Origin: a virus
Length of the DNA stretch: 64,000 nucleotides
Direction: 5' to 3' (one strand)
IMG/VR virus record: IMGVR_UViG_3300047471_000162
Location: 48,904 to 112,903 of that record
Each line of letters begins with the position of its first letter. The first letter of the stretch is position 1. The notes beneath the pieces are model-generated. The model was not told where the DNA came from and ran no database searches. It worked only from the letters and a program-made list of their open reading frames with translations. This document shows, one piece after another, positions 1 to 9,042 of the stretch. A program made the position numbers and the translations under genes.

Positions 1-285
1 GTGCAGAATGAAATCTTTAAGAAGCAGTTAAGTGTTCCAGAGATGAACTCTGTTACTCTAGCCTATTGTGTTATCTCCTTCATTGACTCCAATGGTAAGG
101 AGAAGATGAGCTCAGGATTAGCAGATGTAAAGAAGTTAGGTCTCGCGGATAGAAAAACTATCCAAGATTTTATATATGAGAACCAACCTGGACCAAGATA
201 TGACCAGGTAACCGCAGGATGTTATTCCTGCGAAGGTGAGGTTCCTGTCCCATTAAGCGTGGGCATCCTGTTTCGAGAACTGTAA
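1..285 (+). CDS. Tail/baseplate-hub assembly chaperone, C-terminal part (5' truncated)
   Basis: Lies just upstream of the tape measure gene; ends in PGP...CxxC...LF, as in gp26-like chaperones of contractile tails. Confidence 0.65.
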   Translation: MQNEIFKKQLSVPEMNSVTLAYCVISFIDSNGKEKMSSGLADVKKLGLADRKTIQDFIYENQPGPRYDQVTAGCYSCEGEVPVPLSVGILFREL

Positions 286-511
286 TTACTATAATCTTTA
301 TAATGAGTATGAACAGCTAGTAGATTCATTCGGTTGGAGTCTTAATGAATGTCGTAAGTTATCCCATAGAGAACGTAAACACTGGATAAAGCGAATTCTA
401 TTTAAGCTCGAACTAGAATATGAAAGAATGCATATAGCTAATAATTCAAATCAAGTCATCAATAGATCTGTCGGTCAGGGTGTTACTTTCAACGGAGTTC
501 CGTATAGGTAA
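272..511 (+). CDS. Frameshift extension of the tail chaperone (+1 frame)
   Basis: Open frame FENCNYYNLYNEYEQLVDSFGWSLNECRKLSHRERKHW... has no start codon of its own before this motif and overlaps TTT CGA at 271-276. Confidence 0.6.
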   Translation, partial: FENCNYYNLYNEYEQLVDSFGWSLNECRKLSHRERKHWIKRILFKLELEYERMHIANNSNQVINRSVGQGVTFNGVPYR

Positions 512-547
512 TATAATGAAGAGTAACGATCTAATCTAGGAGAGCTG

Positions 548-3529
548 ATGGCTGAGGAAAGCAATATCGGAGCCAGCCGCTTGCTAGGGACCAACGGTCT
601 ACAGCAGGCGGTTGATTCTTTAAGTACGCAAGTTACTAAACTCACAGAAACTGTTGGTAAAGCTGCCAACAGTTTTTCAAACATGTCCGGAGCTTCTGGT
701 AGATCTTCCGGTGGAAGCACTACAGGTAATAATTGGAATACTACTTCCAATAGAAATAACTATTCTTCCAACGGTGGTGGGGGTTCTTTCAGCAGTAAGG
801 TTATGAGTCTTGCTAGTACCAACGGCGGAGGAGGTAATGGTGGTGGTGGACGTTTCTCTATGTCAGGTGGTAGTGCTGCTGGGGGATCTAAGTTTGCTGG
901 GGCTGTAGCTGTTGGTGCTGGTGTAGCTGCTGGCTTGACTAATTATGGTAATCAGAATATGTCTACCAATATGCAGATGGATATGTTTAATGCATACTCC
1001 AATGTGGCTGGTGGTGGTAATAGTATGACCGCCAGACATATGGTATTCGATAACAATAATCTAGCCCTTGATGTCAATGATGCGGCACAGGCGGCATATA
1101 CAAATGCCTTCACTTTTGGTAATGCGCAATTCGGTGGACAAGCTAATCCTGCTTTTCAAAGAGGTATGGCACAGACACAAGGATTTGGATACGCTAGTCC
1201 TACCTTAGGTGCCAATGCTGCTGCTCAAGCTGCACAGCAAACTTATTCCCCGCGCTCTCAGGTGATGTCTCAGGTTCTAGGACTTCGTGCACCTATCGGT
1301 CCTGGAGGAGTAAAGAACTCTATGAGCAGTATTGCTCAGTCTATTTATACTCAGACGTTTGGAAATAAGGCAGTAAGTCAAAAGGGCTTTAATGCTTCTA
1401 TTTCTCAGGGTGGCTCCCTAGCTGTAAATCTACAGTATATGGGACAGCAGATGGGATGGAATCAGACAACCATTCAGGAGTATCAAAACTACCTCCAAGG
1501 GATGAACGCTGCTCAGAATAATGGTATGTCAGTTAGTCAGTATGACACTCTTAGTCAGCAGGCTTCTCAAGGAAATAAGAATGCTATCAATAAGCTATCT
1601 CAGACTACTAGTCTTGGATCTTCTATGTTTGAGAATCAAAGAAATCTTAGTGCCTCTCGTGTAACTAGACAGAGCGATATCTTGGATACCTTAGCTCCAG
1701 CATTTGATAATGCTACGCAGAAAGTTAATGACTTCAGTAATGCACTTACCAACTTTCTAAAGACTACACATTTGGATAGCGCCGTAGGATCCGGGGGTGG
1801 TTGGGGTAGTGCCCTCTCTGGGGGCATGGGAGGGCTCTCTAGCGGCTTCGGAATGGGCTCAGGTCTCCTAACTGCTGCGCGCTTATTTAAGGGTGGTGGG
1901 GGTGGCGTTATGGGTCTTCTAGGCCGTGGCGGTGGCGGGGGTGCACTGAGTGCCGCACGCGGTATATCAGGTTTAGGCGCTGCTGGTGGGGGTGGCTTAT
2001 TAGGTGGCAGCGCTATTGGTTTAGGTGCCGTGGGTACAGCCTTAGCTGGATACTTTGGATGGCAAAGCGCTACACAAAGCGGTGGAGTTGCTGATTTTAT
2101 GGCCAAGCATGCTTCTGCCTTTGGAGTTTTTGGGCAAGCAGCTGGTCTAGGTCAAGGTGCACACAGATGGTATGACAAGCTAATAACTGGTAAGGATAAG
2201 GAAAGTTTCTGGGATCTATTTGCTCCTGGCCAAGAAAAAAGAACTACAACCACTGATGGTAGAAATGGTGGAGGATCTAATGCCACCCCTGGTGGCGGAG
2301 GAGTAGGAACTTCTTCAAGTGGTGGTTCAGCTAATACAGGTACCAATGCCGCACAGATTATTAAATTTGCTGAGTCACAATTAGGTGTTCCCTATCTATG
2401 GGGTGGAGAATCCCCCGGCAAGGGAATGGACTGTTCTGGATTAGTGCAGTGGGCTTTCGGTAAGGCTGGAGTAAAGTTACCTAGAACTTCTGAAGAGCAG
2501 CAAAAGGTAGGATCATCTGTAGCGATTAATAATACTCAGCCAGGAGATCTACTATTCGCGGGTAATCCTGCTCACCACGTAGCTATTGCTCTTGGTAATG
2601 GGCAGCTTATTGAGGCTCCGCATTCTGGTGCTAATGTTCGTATTAGATCTTATGGTGCTTCTGAGTTTACTTCTGCATCTCGTGTGGTAAACACTATAGG
2701 TAACACTGGTGATCTACTCAATAACAATAGCTCAGGTAATACAAATACTTTGAATAATCAGCAGAGAACATCTGGCGGTAATATTGGTGCCTATGCTGGA
2801 ACTAGTGAAGCCGCTGCTATTGCTTCTGCTCTTGCGGGATCTATTGCAAGTATGCCTATCTCTTCAGGATCTAAGTCAGCTGGTGGAACTAGTGGAACAA
2901 CTCCAGTAGGCTCTAATCCACAGGGTAATGGTCAGAATGATCAAGCATCATTGCAAGCATATGCCAAGCAGTTACTATCACAGTATGGCTGGGGAGATCA
3001 GTGGAATTCTTTTAATGCTCTTGTTATGTCTGAGTCCAGCTGGGATGTTCATGCAAAGAATTCTTCGTCTGGAGCTTATGGTTTAGCTCAAGCACTTCCT
3101 GCAAGTAAGTATGGTTCTGCTGGCAGTGACTGGCAGTCCAATGGAGATACACAGCTTCAATGGATGATGGGATATATCAAGGAACGTTATACCAATCCTA
3201 ATAACGCCTGGTCATTCCACCAGAAGAATAACTGGTATGACACAGGCGCTTGGAGTATTGATAAGGATCAGAAGGCTGTAGTCCACCAGGGAGAAATGAT
3301 TATTCCGGCGCAGCAGGCAGAGACTATCCGTCAAGTGCTTTTGAATAATTCATTCAACCCAAATAATAATAAGAGTAATTCTGGGCATGGACTTGTTATT
3401 AGTAATATATCTGTACAGATGCCTAATGGATATTCTGGCTCCGCACAAGAAGCGAAGATGACTGGTAAGATGGTCGTTGACGCTATTGTTAGTGATACTC
3501 GAATCAAGAATTTGCAGAAGGGACAGTAA
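548..3529 (+). CDS. Tape measure protein with NlpC/P60 peptidase and lytic transglycosylase domains
   Basis: Long G/A/S/Q-rich protein; GVPYLWGG...DCSGLV...HVAI (NlpC/P60); ESSW...SSGAYGLAQAL (SLT-like). Confidence 0.85.
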   Translation: MAEESNIGASRLLGTNGLQQAVDSLSTQVTKLTETVGKAANSFSNMSGASGRSSGGSTTGNNWNTTSNRNNYSSNGGGGSFSSKVMSLASTNGGGGNGGGGRFSMSGGSAAGGSKFAGAVAVGAGVAAGLTNYGNQNMSTNMQMDMFNAYSNVAGGGNSMTARHMVFDNNNLALDVNDAAQAAYTNAFTFGNAQFGGQANPAFQRGMAQTQGFGYASPTLGANAAAQAAQQTYSPRSQVMSQVLGLRAPIGPGGVKNSMSSIAQSIYTQTFGNKAVSQKGFNASISQGGSLAVNLQYMGQQMGWNQTTIQEYQNYLQGMNAAQNNGMSVSQYDTLSQQASQGNKNAINKLSQTTSLGSSMFENQRNLSASRVTRQSDILDTLAPAFDNATQKVNDFSNALTNFLKTTHLDSAVGSGGGWGSALSGGMGGLSSGFGMGSGLLTAARLFKGGGGGVMGLLGRGGGGGALSAARGISGLGAAGGGGLLGGSAIGLGAVGTALAGYFGWQSATQSGGVADFMAKHASAFGVFGQAAGLGQGAHRWYDKLITGKDKESFWDLFAPGQEKRTTTTDGRNGGGSNATPGGGGVGTSSSGGSANTGTNAAQIIKFAESQLGVPYLWGGESPGKGMDCSGLVQWAFGKAGVKLPRTSEEQQKVGSSVAINNTQPGDLLFAGNPAHHVAIALGNGQLIEAPHSGANVRIRSYGASEFTSASRVVNTIGNTGDLLNNNSSGNTNTLNNQQRTSGGNIGAYAGTSEAAAIASALAGSIASMPISSGSKSAGGTSGTTPVGSNPQGNGQNDQASLQAYAKQLLSQYGWGDQWNSFNALVMSESSWDVHAKNSSSGAYGLAQALPASKYGSAGSDWQSNGDTQLQWMMGYIKERYTNPNNAWSFHQKNNWYDTGAWSIDKDQKAVVHQGEMIIPAQQAETIRQVLLNNSFNPNNNKSNSGHGLVISNISVQMPNGYSGSAQEAKMTGKMVVDAIVSDTRIKNLQKGQ
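1790..1870. other. Periodic GC-phased segment (candidate gyrase-site arm)
   Basis: gccctctctgggggcatgggagggctctctagcggcttcgg has GC blocks about 10 bp apart; could also reflect Gly-rich coding. Confidence 0.25.
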
Positions 3530-4269
3530 TGGGAACTACCGAACCAATCTCTGGTACATACCAGACAATCTCTGGACAGCCAGGATATGGTATTGTGCAG
3601 AACCCCCCGTTCCATCCTAATATTCTTAATATTCCACTACGACAGTTATCTACGAATTCCCCAGGTAGTTATGACTATTCCCTGTACAGAGGCTTAATGT
3701 CCACAAGAGCTATACAGGGACCGGGTCTTCCAGCTAATCAGTACAAGGTTAATTTTCTCTATAATCCTTCTACTATTGCAGAGTCTAGATCTTTAGATCT
3801 TAATAATCAGATCTATCCTTCCTACGCTAGAAATCCAGATGATCCTGGTCAACACAAGACAGGACTAAATGCAACAGTTTCATTTAGTCTACTGTTCGAT
3901 AGAACGTATGAGCTTTGGGATAGTTCTTATGTAGGAACTGATGCAGGAACATATGGAGTCATGGTAGATGTTAATGCTTTCTATAATCTATTAAATATTA
4001 ATCAGGTTAATGTAAATTCTCCAGTCTCTTTGGCAACTAGTGAGTTTGCTGCGCAGAATAAATTCGCCTTAATAGTACAAGGAACTATGTCCGCCATTCC
4101 TATAGATCTTTATTTTGGTTATCAGTCTGCTGGTGCTCTTAAGTACTTTGGCTACGTAACTGAATTCGATATCACATATACTCACTTCACTCAGAAGATG
4201 GTGCCACAGAGATGTGCTATTAACGTAGGCTTCCAGGTAATGTCTGAGACATTTAACAACGTAAGTTAA
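3529..4269 (+). CDS. Tail tube initiator / baseplate protein
   Basis: FLYNPSTI...F.LLFDRT...YFGYVTEFDITYTHF...P.RC.INV pattern; position after tape measure gene. Confidence 0.6.
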   Translation: MGTTEPISGTYQTISGQPGYGIVQNPPFHPNILNIPLRQLSTNSPGSYDYSLYRGLMSTRAIQGPGLPANQYKVNFLYNPSTIAESRSLDLNNQIYPSYARNPDDPGQHKTGLNATVSFSLLFDRTYELWDSSYVGTDAGTYGVMVDVNAFYNLLNINQVNVNSPVSLATSEFAAQNKFALIVQGTMSAIPIDLYFGYQSAGALKYFGYVTEFDITYTHFTQKMVPQRCAINVGFQVMSETFNNVS

Positions 4270-4278
4270 GGAGGAATA

Positions 4279-4557
4279 ATGCCAATAAGTCCATACAGTA
4301 GATATGCTGATAACACTGTGGTCTCTCTTGTAGACCACAACGGAATAACTCGTCCAACTATTATTATCGAAACCCCTAACGAACGTAAGGTAAGTTTTAG
4401 TACCTACACTTGGAAGCTGGGGGATCAGATAGAATACTTGGCCTTCTCCGCTTATGGTGATGAATTAGCCTGGTGGATTATAGCGAATGCTAATCCAGAG
4501 ATTCTATTTTGGGATAGCTTAACTCCCGGAGTTACCGTGAGGGTGCCTAATGCTTAG
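4279..4557 (+). CDS. LysM-like baseplate wedge protein (gp53/tail X-like)
   Basis: GDQIEYLAFSAYGDELAWWIIANANP...PG..VRVP. Confidence 0.75.
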   Translation: MPISPYSRYADNTVVSLVDHNGITRPTIIIETPNERKVSFSTYTWKLGDQIEYLAFSAYGDELAWWIIANANPEILFWDSLTPGVTVRVPNA

Positions 4558-5797
4558 TACTATTCCTGCCTTACCGTATTTTGAGGTGATAGTGGATGGA
4601 ATATATCTAAAGCAATACGCTTCCAAGGTACAGATTATTCAGGAGACTAACTCTCACCCCGTAGCCTTACTAGACGTACAGTATATTGGAAAGAAGTCTG
4701 TACAGGGTGCACCCGGAGTTAGAGGATCTTGGGCATATATAAAGGAACAGACTCCAATAACAATTAACTATGGTTTTAAGCCAGGACGTATTGCTCAGTT
4801 CCTTGGCTATGTGGCATCGTACACGTTGATCAAGTCTGGTTCAGATCTGGCGCAGAATGGACTAATCACTACCACTGTTCAGTACACATTGGTAGGTGCC
4901 TCTCAAATTATGCAGACTACAAAGAATAGAGCATGGAAGCACATCAGTCCTTCTGCTATTGCTGCTTCCATAGCTACTGAGAATGGTTTTAGATCTGTTA
5001 TTCATCCATACCAAGCGGCTGTAGACTATCGCTTACAAAATGTAAGTGACTTCCAGTTTCTAAACCAGTTGGCTAATGAAATAGGTTATCGCTTCTATGT
5101 GGATAATACTGATCTATACTTTATTAATCCTAAGTTAATTCTGGATAGATCTAATATAAGAAATATTCCACAGTTCTGGTTCTACAATAATCCTGGACTC
5201 TACGACACTCTTAGAAATTTTCAACCTATCGTAGGAACTATTACTCCTGATGGTGGTATTGTTGCCAATAGAACTATCACAGGTATTAATCCTCAGACTA
5301 AGAATTTAGTTAATGCTTCGGATCAACTGAAGCTTACTACTTCTGCTACCTCATTAATGTCTCCACCGGCTACGCCAACTATTACTAAATATTACAATGC
5401 ATTTCCTGCTGATTCTTTCTTTGAAGCTCAGCAAAAAATTGTGGCTGATACTAATAGAAATCTTTACTGGATTACAGCAGATTGTGAACTGCGTGGAGAC
5501 TTCAGAGTTAAGCCAAATGTTCTAGTAGAGCTTGTAGGTTCGGCACTTCCATTATCCGAAGCGGGTTTTTGGTTAGTACAGTGTTCAACACATTGTCTAA
5601 CGATGCCAGCACCCACGGGTAATAAGGTAGATGCTACATACAATATCTATTCTCAGTTGGTAAGAGATCAAGTCTATGCGGCTACAACTGTAGTTTCTCC
5701 TTCGGATACTTCTTCAGTTGTACAGAAAGTACCAGCGGCTTTAGTCGGTGGCGTATGGAGATCATCTAATATAGGGGCGCAGATTCATGCAAGCTAG
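4550..5797 (+). CDS. Baseplate hub protein (gpD/gp27-like)
   Basis: Q.VSDFQFLNQLANEIGYRFYVD..LYF motif and synteny. Confidence 0.7.
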   Translation: MLSTIPALPYFEVIVDGIYLKQYASKVQIIQETNSHPVALLDVQYIGKKSVQGAPGVRGSWAYIKEQTPITINYGFKPGRIAQFLGYVASYTLIKSGSDLAQNGLITTTVQYTLVGASQIMQTTKNRAWKHISPSAIAASIATENGFRSVIHPYQAAVDYRLQNVSDFQFLNQLANEIGYRFYVDNTDLYFINPKLILDRSNIRNIPQFWFYNNPGLYDTLRNFQPIVGTITPDGGIVANRTITGINPQTKNLVNASDQLKLTTSATSLMSPPATPTITKYYNAFPADSFFEAQQKIVADTNRNLYWITADCELRGDFRVKPNVLVELVGSALPLSEAGFWLVQCSTHCLTMPAPTGNKVDATYNIYSQLVRDQVYAATTVVSPSDTSSVVQKVPAALVGGVWRSSNIGAQIHAS

Positions 5798-6362
5798 TTT
5801 CTTAGGAACGTATAGAGCTATCGTCACTGCTATCTCTGATCCGCTAGGTACTAGAAGAGTACGTGTTCAGTGCCCACAGATATCTGGTTTGGCTGAACTA
5901 AACTGGGCAGAACCTGCTAGAGTCTATGATCCTATTCCTAATATAGGAGATATCGTATGGATCTACTTCAATGGCGGAGAAACTAATAAGCCTATCTATG
6001 CCATCTCTTCTAATCCATATTTTTGGCACACGCCTTCTCTTTCCTCTGGTTGGGCTTTAGGGCCTGGCGGTGGATCAGCTCAACCCCTGGAGTTTAGAAA
6101 AGATACACAAGATAATATTTTTATTACTGGGGTAATTCATACCACTTCGATTACTCCGTCTAATCCTATCTTTACTTTGCCCCCTGGTTTTACTCCGAAG
6201 ATAGAGCAGAGATTCCCAGCGATATATAATAATGGTGGCTCTATATCTGCGCTGCTGATGTCAGTAACTATTGGCGGGGCTGTAACAGTATCTCCTTTTC
6301 CATCAGCTTCTGGGGCAGATGTACAGACCAGCATATTCTTTCCTCTAGGCAATATAGCCTAA
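5787..6362 (+). CDS. Baseplate spike (gpV/gp5 OB-fold)
   Basis: YRAIV...DPLG..RVRVQCP...WA.P...P.IGD.VWI.F.GG....P. Confidence 0.8.
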   Translation: MQASFLGTYRAIVTAISDPLGTRRVRVQCPQISGLAELNWAEPARVYDPIPNIGDIVWIYFNGGETNKPIYAISSNPYFWHTPSLSSGWALGPGGGSAQPLEFRKDTQDNIFITGVIHTTSITPSNPIFTLPPGFTPKIEQRFPAIYNNGGSISALLMSVTIGGAVTVSPFPSASGADVQTSIFFPLGNIA

Positions 6363-6386
6363 CTACTATTATGGGATAATGACTTT

Positions 6387-6806
6387 ATGGGTATTCAAAT
6401 GACTATCCCATTTACAGTTCTCTCCAATGGAGCTGTATCTGTGGAAACAAATAATGATATACAGGTAGGCCAAAGAGTCCACGCATTAGTCTCTACTGAA
6501 ATAGGTCAGAGACCAATGCGCGCTGCCTTAGGACTGCCGCTATCCAGATTACTATTTGGTGTCGCAGATAATTTAGTAACAGCAGAACTAAGAGATCAAG
6601 TCACACAGCAGTTAAATAGTTATGAACCTGGTATTAATGTACTATCAGTTGTTCCTATTACAAAGCATTCAAAGGATGGTCAAGCAGAAATCAAGGTTAA
6701 CTATCAGCCTGTTCTTCAAGGTTCTTCTGCTAAGGCAATTTCAGACACTGTAGTTATCGAAGTTGGCGGAACAGTAAAGGAAGTAACACTTAATGGCAAC
6801 GGTTAA
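6387..6806 (+). CDS. gp25/gpW-like baseplate wedge (sheath initiator)
   Basis: LVSTEIGQRPMR..LG...LLF...YEP pattern. Confidence 0.8.
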   Translation: MGIQMTIPFTVLSNGAVSVETNNDIQVGQRVHALVSTEIGQRPMRAALGLPLSRLLFGVADNLVTAELRDQVTQQLNSYEPGINVLSVVPITKHSKDGQAEIKVNYQPVLQGSSAKAISDTVVIEVGGTVKEVTLNGNG

Positions 6807-8328
6807 TGCTGGAGTACCAGCGATTGATTATACTTCTAAGGATTATGCGGGATTCATATCCTCCATGTTTGCGTACGCTACTACAGCGTTCCCTGAATGG
6901 ACTAATCAGAATCCGGGCAGTTTGGAAGTTATGCTCTTGGAGTCTTTTGCCAGAGAGCTAGATGTTCTTTCCTACTATGGAGATCGTATTGTTGCTGAGT
7001 CGTATATCGGTACAGCCACGCAACTATCCTCTGTTATTCAATTGGCTGCGCTACTTGGGTATACTCCTGGGCAGTCTGTAGCAGCGGTTGGTAACGTTAC
7101 TTTTCAAACACCACCAAGCGGTGGAGCTGTAGTTATTCCGACAGGAACTCAGGTAACAACTAACTATGTAGCATCTCTTAATGCGCCAATTATCTTTGAG
7201 ACACAAGCTGCTACAACTGTTCCGGCTAATGGTGGAAACTCTACAGTTAATATTGCTCAGGGTCGAACACAAGGCACAGCAGTATTTACTATAGGTAATA
7301 ACACAGTTGCACCTTTTAATGTCACCGTAGAATTACTAGGTACTTCAGATGGTAGTATTCTTCAGCAATTCAACTTGGCTAATAACCCAGTTATCAGTCA
7401 ATCAGTAACTGTATATCTTCAGAACCCGTTGTATAACCCCAGTGCTCCAAGTGGTATAGATCCTATAGTTCCTTGGACTCAGGTAGCTTCTCTACAGCTA
7501 GCCAACTCAGCTAATACTGCTTGGTCAGAAACTGTAGCCGCTAATGGTGTGGTGACCGTTAATTTTGGAGACAATGTTAATGGGGCAGTTCCAGCAGCTG
7601 GTTTGAATATCTATGCCAACTATCGTGTTGGTGGAGGAATAGTTGGTAATCTTTCAGCTAACCAAGTAGTAGATATTGCTGCACCCATTACCGGAGTATC
7701 CATTGTAGGCTCGTCAGCTACCACTGGAGGCATGGACGCAGAGACTATAGACCAGATACGTGTCAACGCTCCTAGAGCCTTTACAACGCAGCAGAGAGCC
7801 GTGACGCTGGCTGACTACGGAAGTTTGGCCATGACGCTACCAGCAGTATCCCAAGCATCAGCAGTAGCTAATAGCTATAACAACGTGACAGTCTATATTG
7901 CCGCTTCTGGTAATACTGTCCCAACACAGGCAGTACTTGATCAGGTTATTACTTATCTTCAGCCATTGGTAATGGCGGGCACAACTGTTAGTGCTTTACC
8001 TGCAAATTTTATTCCAGTCAATATCGGAGCTATTAGCACTCCTGTAATTGTAGGGGTTAGTGCTAGATATAGCCCCACTTCTGTGCAGATAATTGCAATT
8101 CAGACTGTACAGAATCTATTCGCCCCGGCCAATGCAGCGTTGGGACAGAGAGTAACAGTCAGCTCAGTGTATTCTGCTTTAGCTGCTATTCCAGGTGTTA
8201 CCTATGTAAGCATTCCCCTTATGGCTAGAAACGATGCGACACAATCTGGTGCCAATGATATTTTATTGCGCCCATTTGAACTCCCAGTTGCTGGTAACAT
8301 AACTATTATCGCTAACCCATCAAGCTAA
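6793..8328 (+). CDS. Baseplate J-like protein
   Basis: IDYTSKDY...PEWT...; YRVGGG..GN; GG.DAET...R..AP...RAVT..DY. Confidence 0.9.
   Translation: MATVNAGVPAIDYTSKDYAGFISSMFAYATTAFPEWTNQNPGSLEVMLLESFARELDVLSYYGDRIVAESYIGTATQLSSVIQLAALLGYTPGQSVAAVGNVTFQTPPSGGAVVIPTGTQVTTNYVASLNAPIIFETQAATTVPANGGNSTVNIAQGRTQGTAVFTIGNNTVAPFNVTVELLGTSDGSILQQFNLANNPVISQSVTVYLQNPLYNPSAPSGIDPIVPWTQVASLQLANSANTAWSETVAANGVVTVNFGDNVNGAVPAAGLNIYANYRVGGGIVGNLSANQVVDIAAPITGVSIVGSSATTGGMDAETIDQIRVNAPRAFTTQQRAVTLADYGSLAMTLPAVSQASAVANSYNNVTVYIAASGNTVPTQAVLDQVITYLQPLVMAGTTVSALPANFIPVNIGAISTPVIVGVSARYSPTSVQIIAIQTVQNLFAPANAALGQRVTVSSVYSALAAIPGVTYVSIPLMARNDATQSGANDILLRPFELPVAGNITIIANPSS
7750..7860. other. Periodic GC-phased segment (candidate gyrase site)
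   Basis: cgctcctagagcctttacaacgcagcagagagccg within an otherwise AT-rich gene. Confidence 0.3.
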
Positions 8329-8337
8329 GGAGAACAC

Positions 8338-9030
8338 ATGGTTGCGATTTATCCCACTGCATTAAAGTCTTTTGCATACCGTCAAGACTTTACCGAATTA
8401 GTAGAAGCGGCAGATATTAATGTCGCGTATGATGAAATAGGTGCGGTAGAAAGTACACTTGGTGTTCTTCCTAATTCAGATACATTAGATGGTTCAACAG
8501 TTACTTGGCCAACAGTTAAGGCTAATATATCTGCTGCCAGAAACGGTGTTACAAAGCCTATATGTAAGCTACGTACTGTAGACACACTAGTTCCTTATGG
8601 TGGACCTAGTGGAACAGGTATCTATGCAGCTTTTAATAGTGCAATATGGGATACTCATGGTATGTGGCAGGGAGGTTCTACTATTATCTGCCCACGCACA
8701 GGATGGTATAACTTCCAATTCTATGCAGAGTGGCAGTATGCCGCTTTTCCATTTGATAATAGCGTTCCACAGTATGAGCATTCTGGGTACGCTTCAGTAG
8801 GTTTACAGCAACTACCTAATAGCTTGTATATTACTGGCTCTAATCACTTTGTTTCCCAGGGGGCTCAGTTTGCTATTAGAAGCTCAGGATCTATATCTGC
8901 TCCGTGGTTCAAGGGCACTTCCCTATCTGCTCAACTGGCACAAACAGTAAGAAGCAGTAGCTCTCAACCATGCAATCTATATCTATCGATAACTTATGAA
9001 CGTGATGCTCCAACAACGAATAATATGTAA
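8338..9030 (+). CDS. Minor tail protein
   Basis: Synteny; C-terminal beta-sandwich-like FNSAIWDTHGMW...ICPRTGWY. Confidence 0.55.
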   Translation: MVAIYPTALKSFAYRQDFTELVEAADINVAYDEIGAVESTLGVLPNSDTLDGSTVTWPTVKANISAARNGVTKPICKLRTVDTLVPYGGPSGTGIYAAFNSAIWDTHGMWQGGSTIICPRTGWYNFQFYAEWQYAAFPFDNSVPQYEHSGYASVGLQQLPNSLYITGSNHFVSQGAQFAIRSSGSISAPWFKGTSLSAQLAQTVRSSSSQPCNLYLSITYERDAPTTNNM

Positions 9031-9042
9031 GAGAGGCTAAGT

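Noticed and set aside
1790-2060. Gly-rich GGN runs in the tape measure as a DNA repeat
   Set aside because: Explained by low-complexity protein coding
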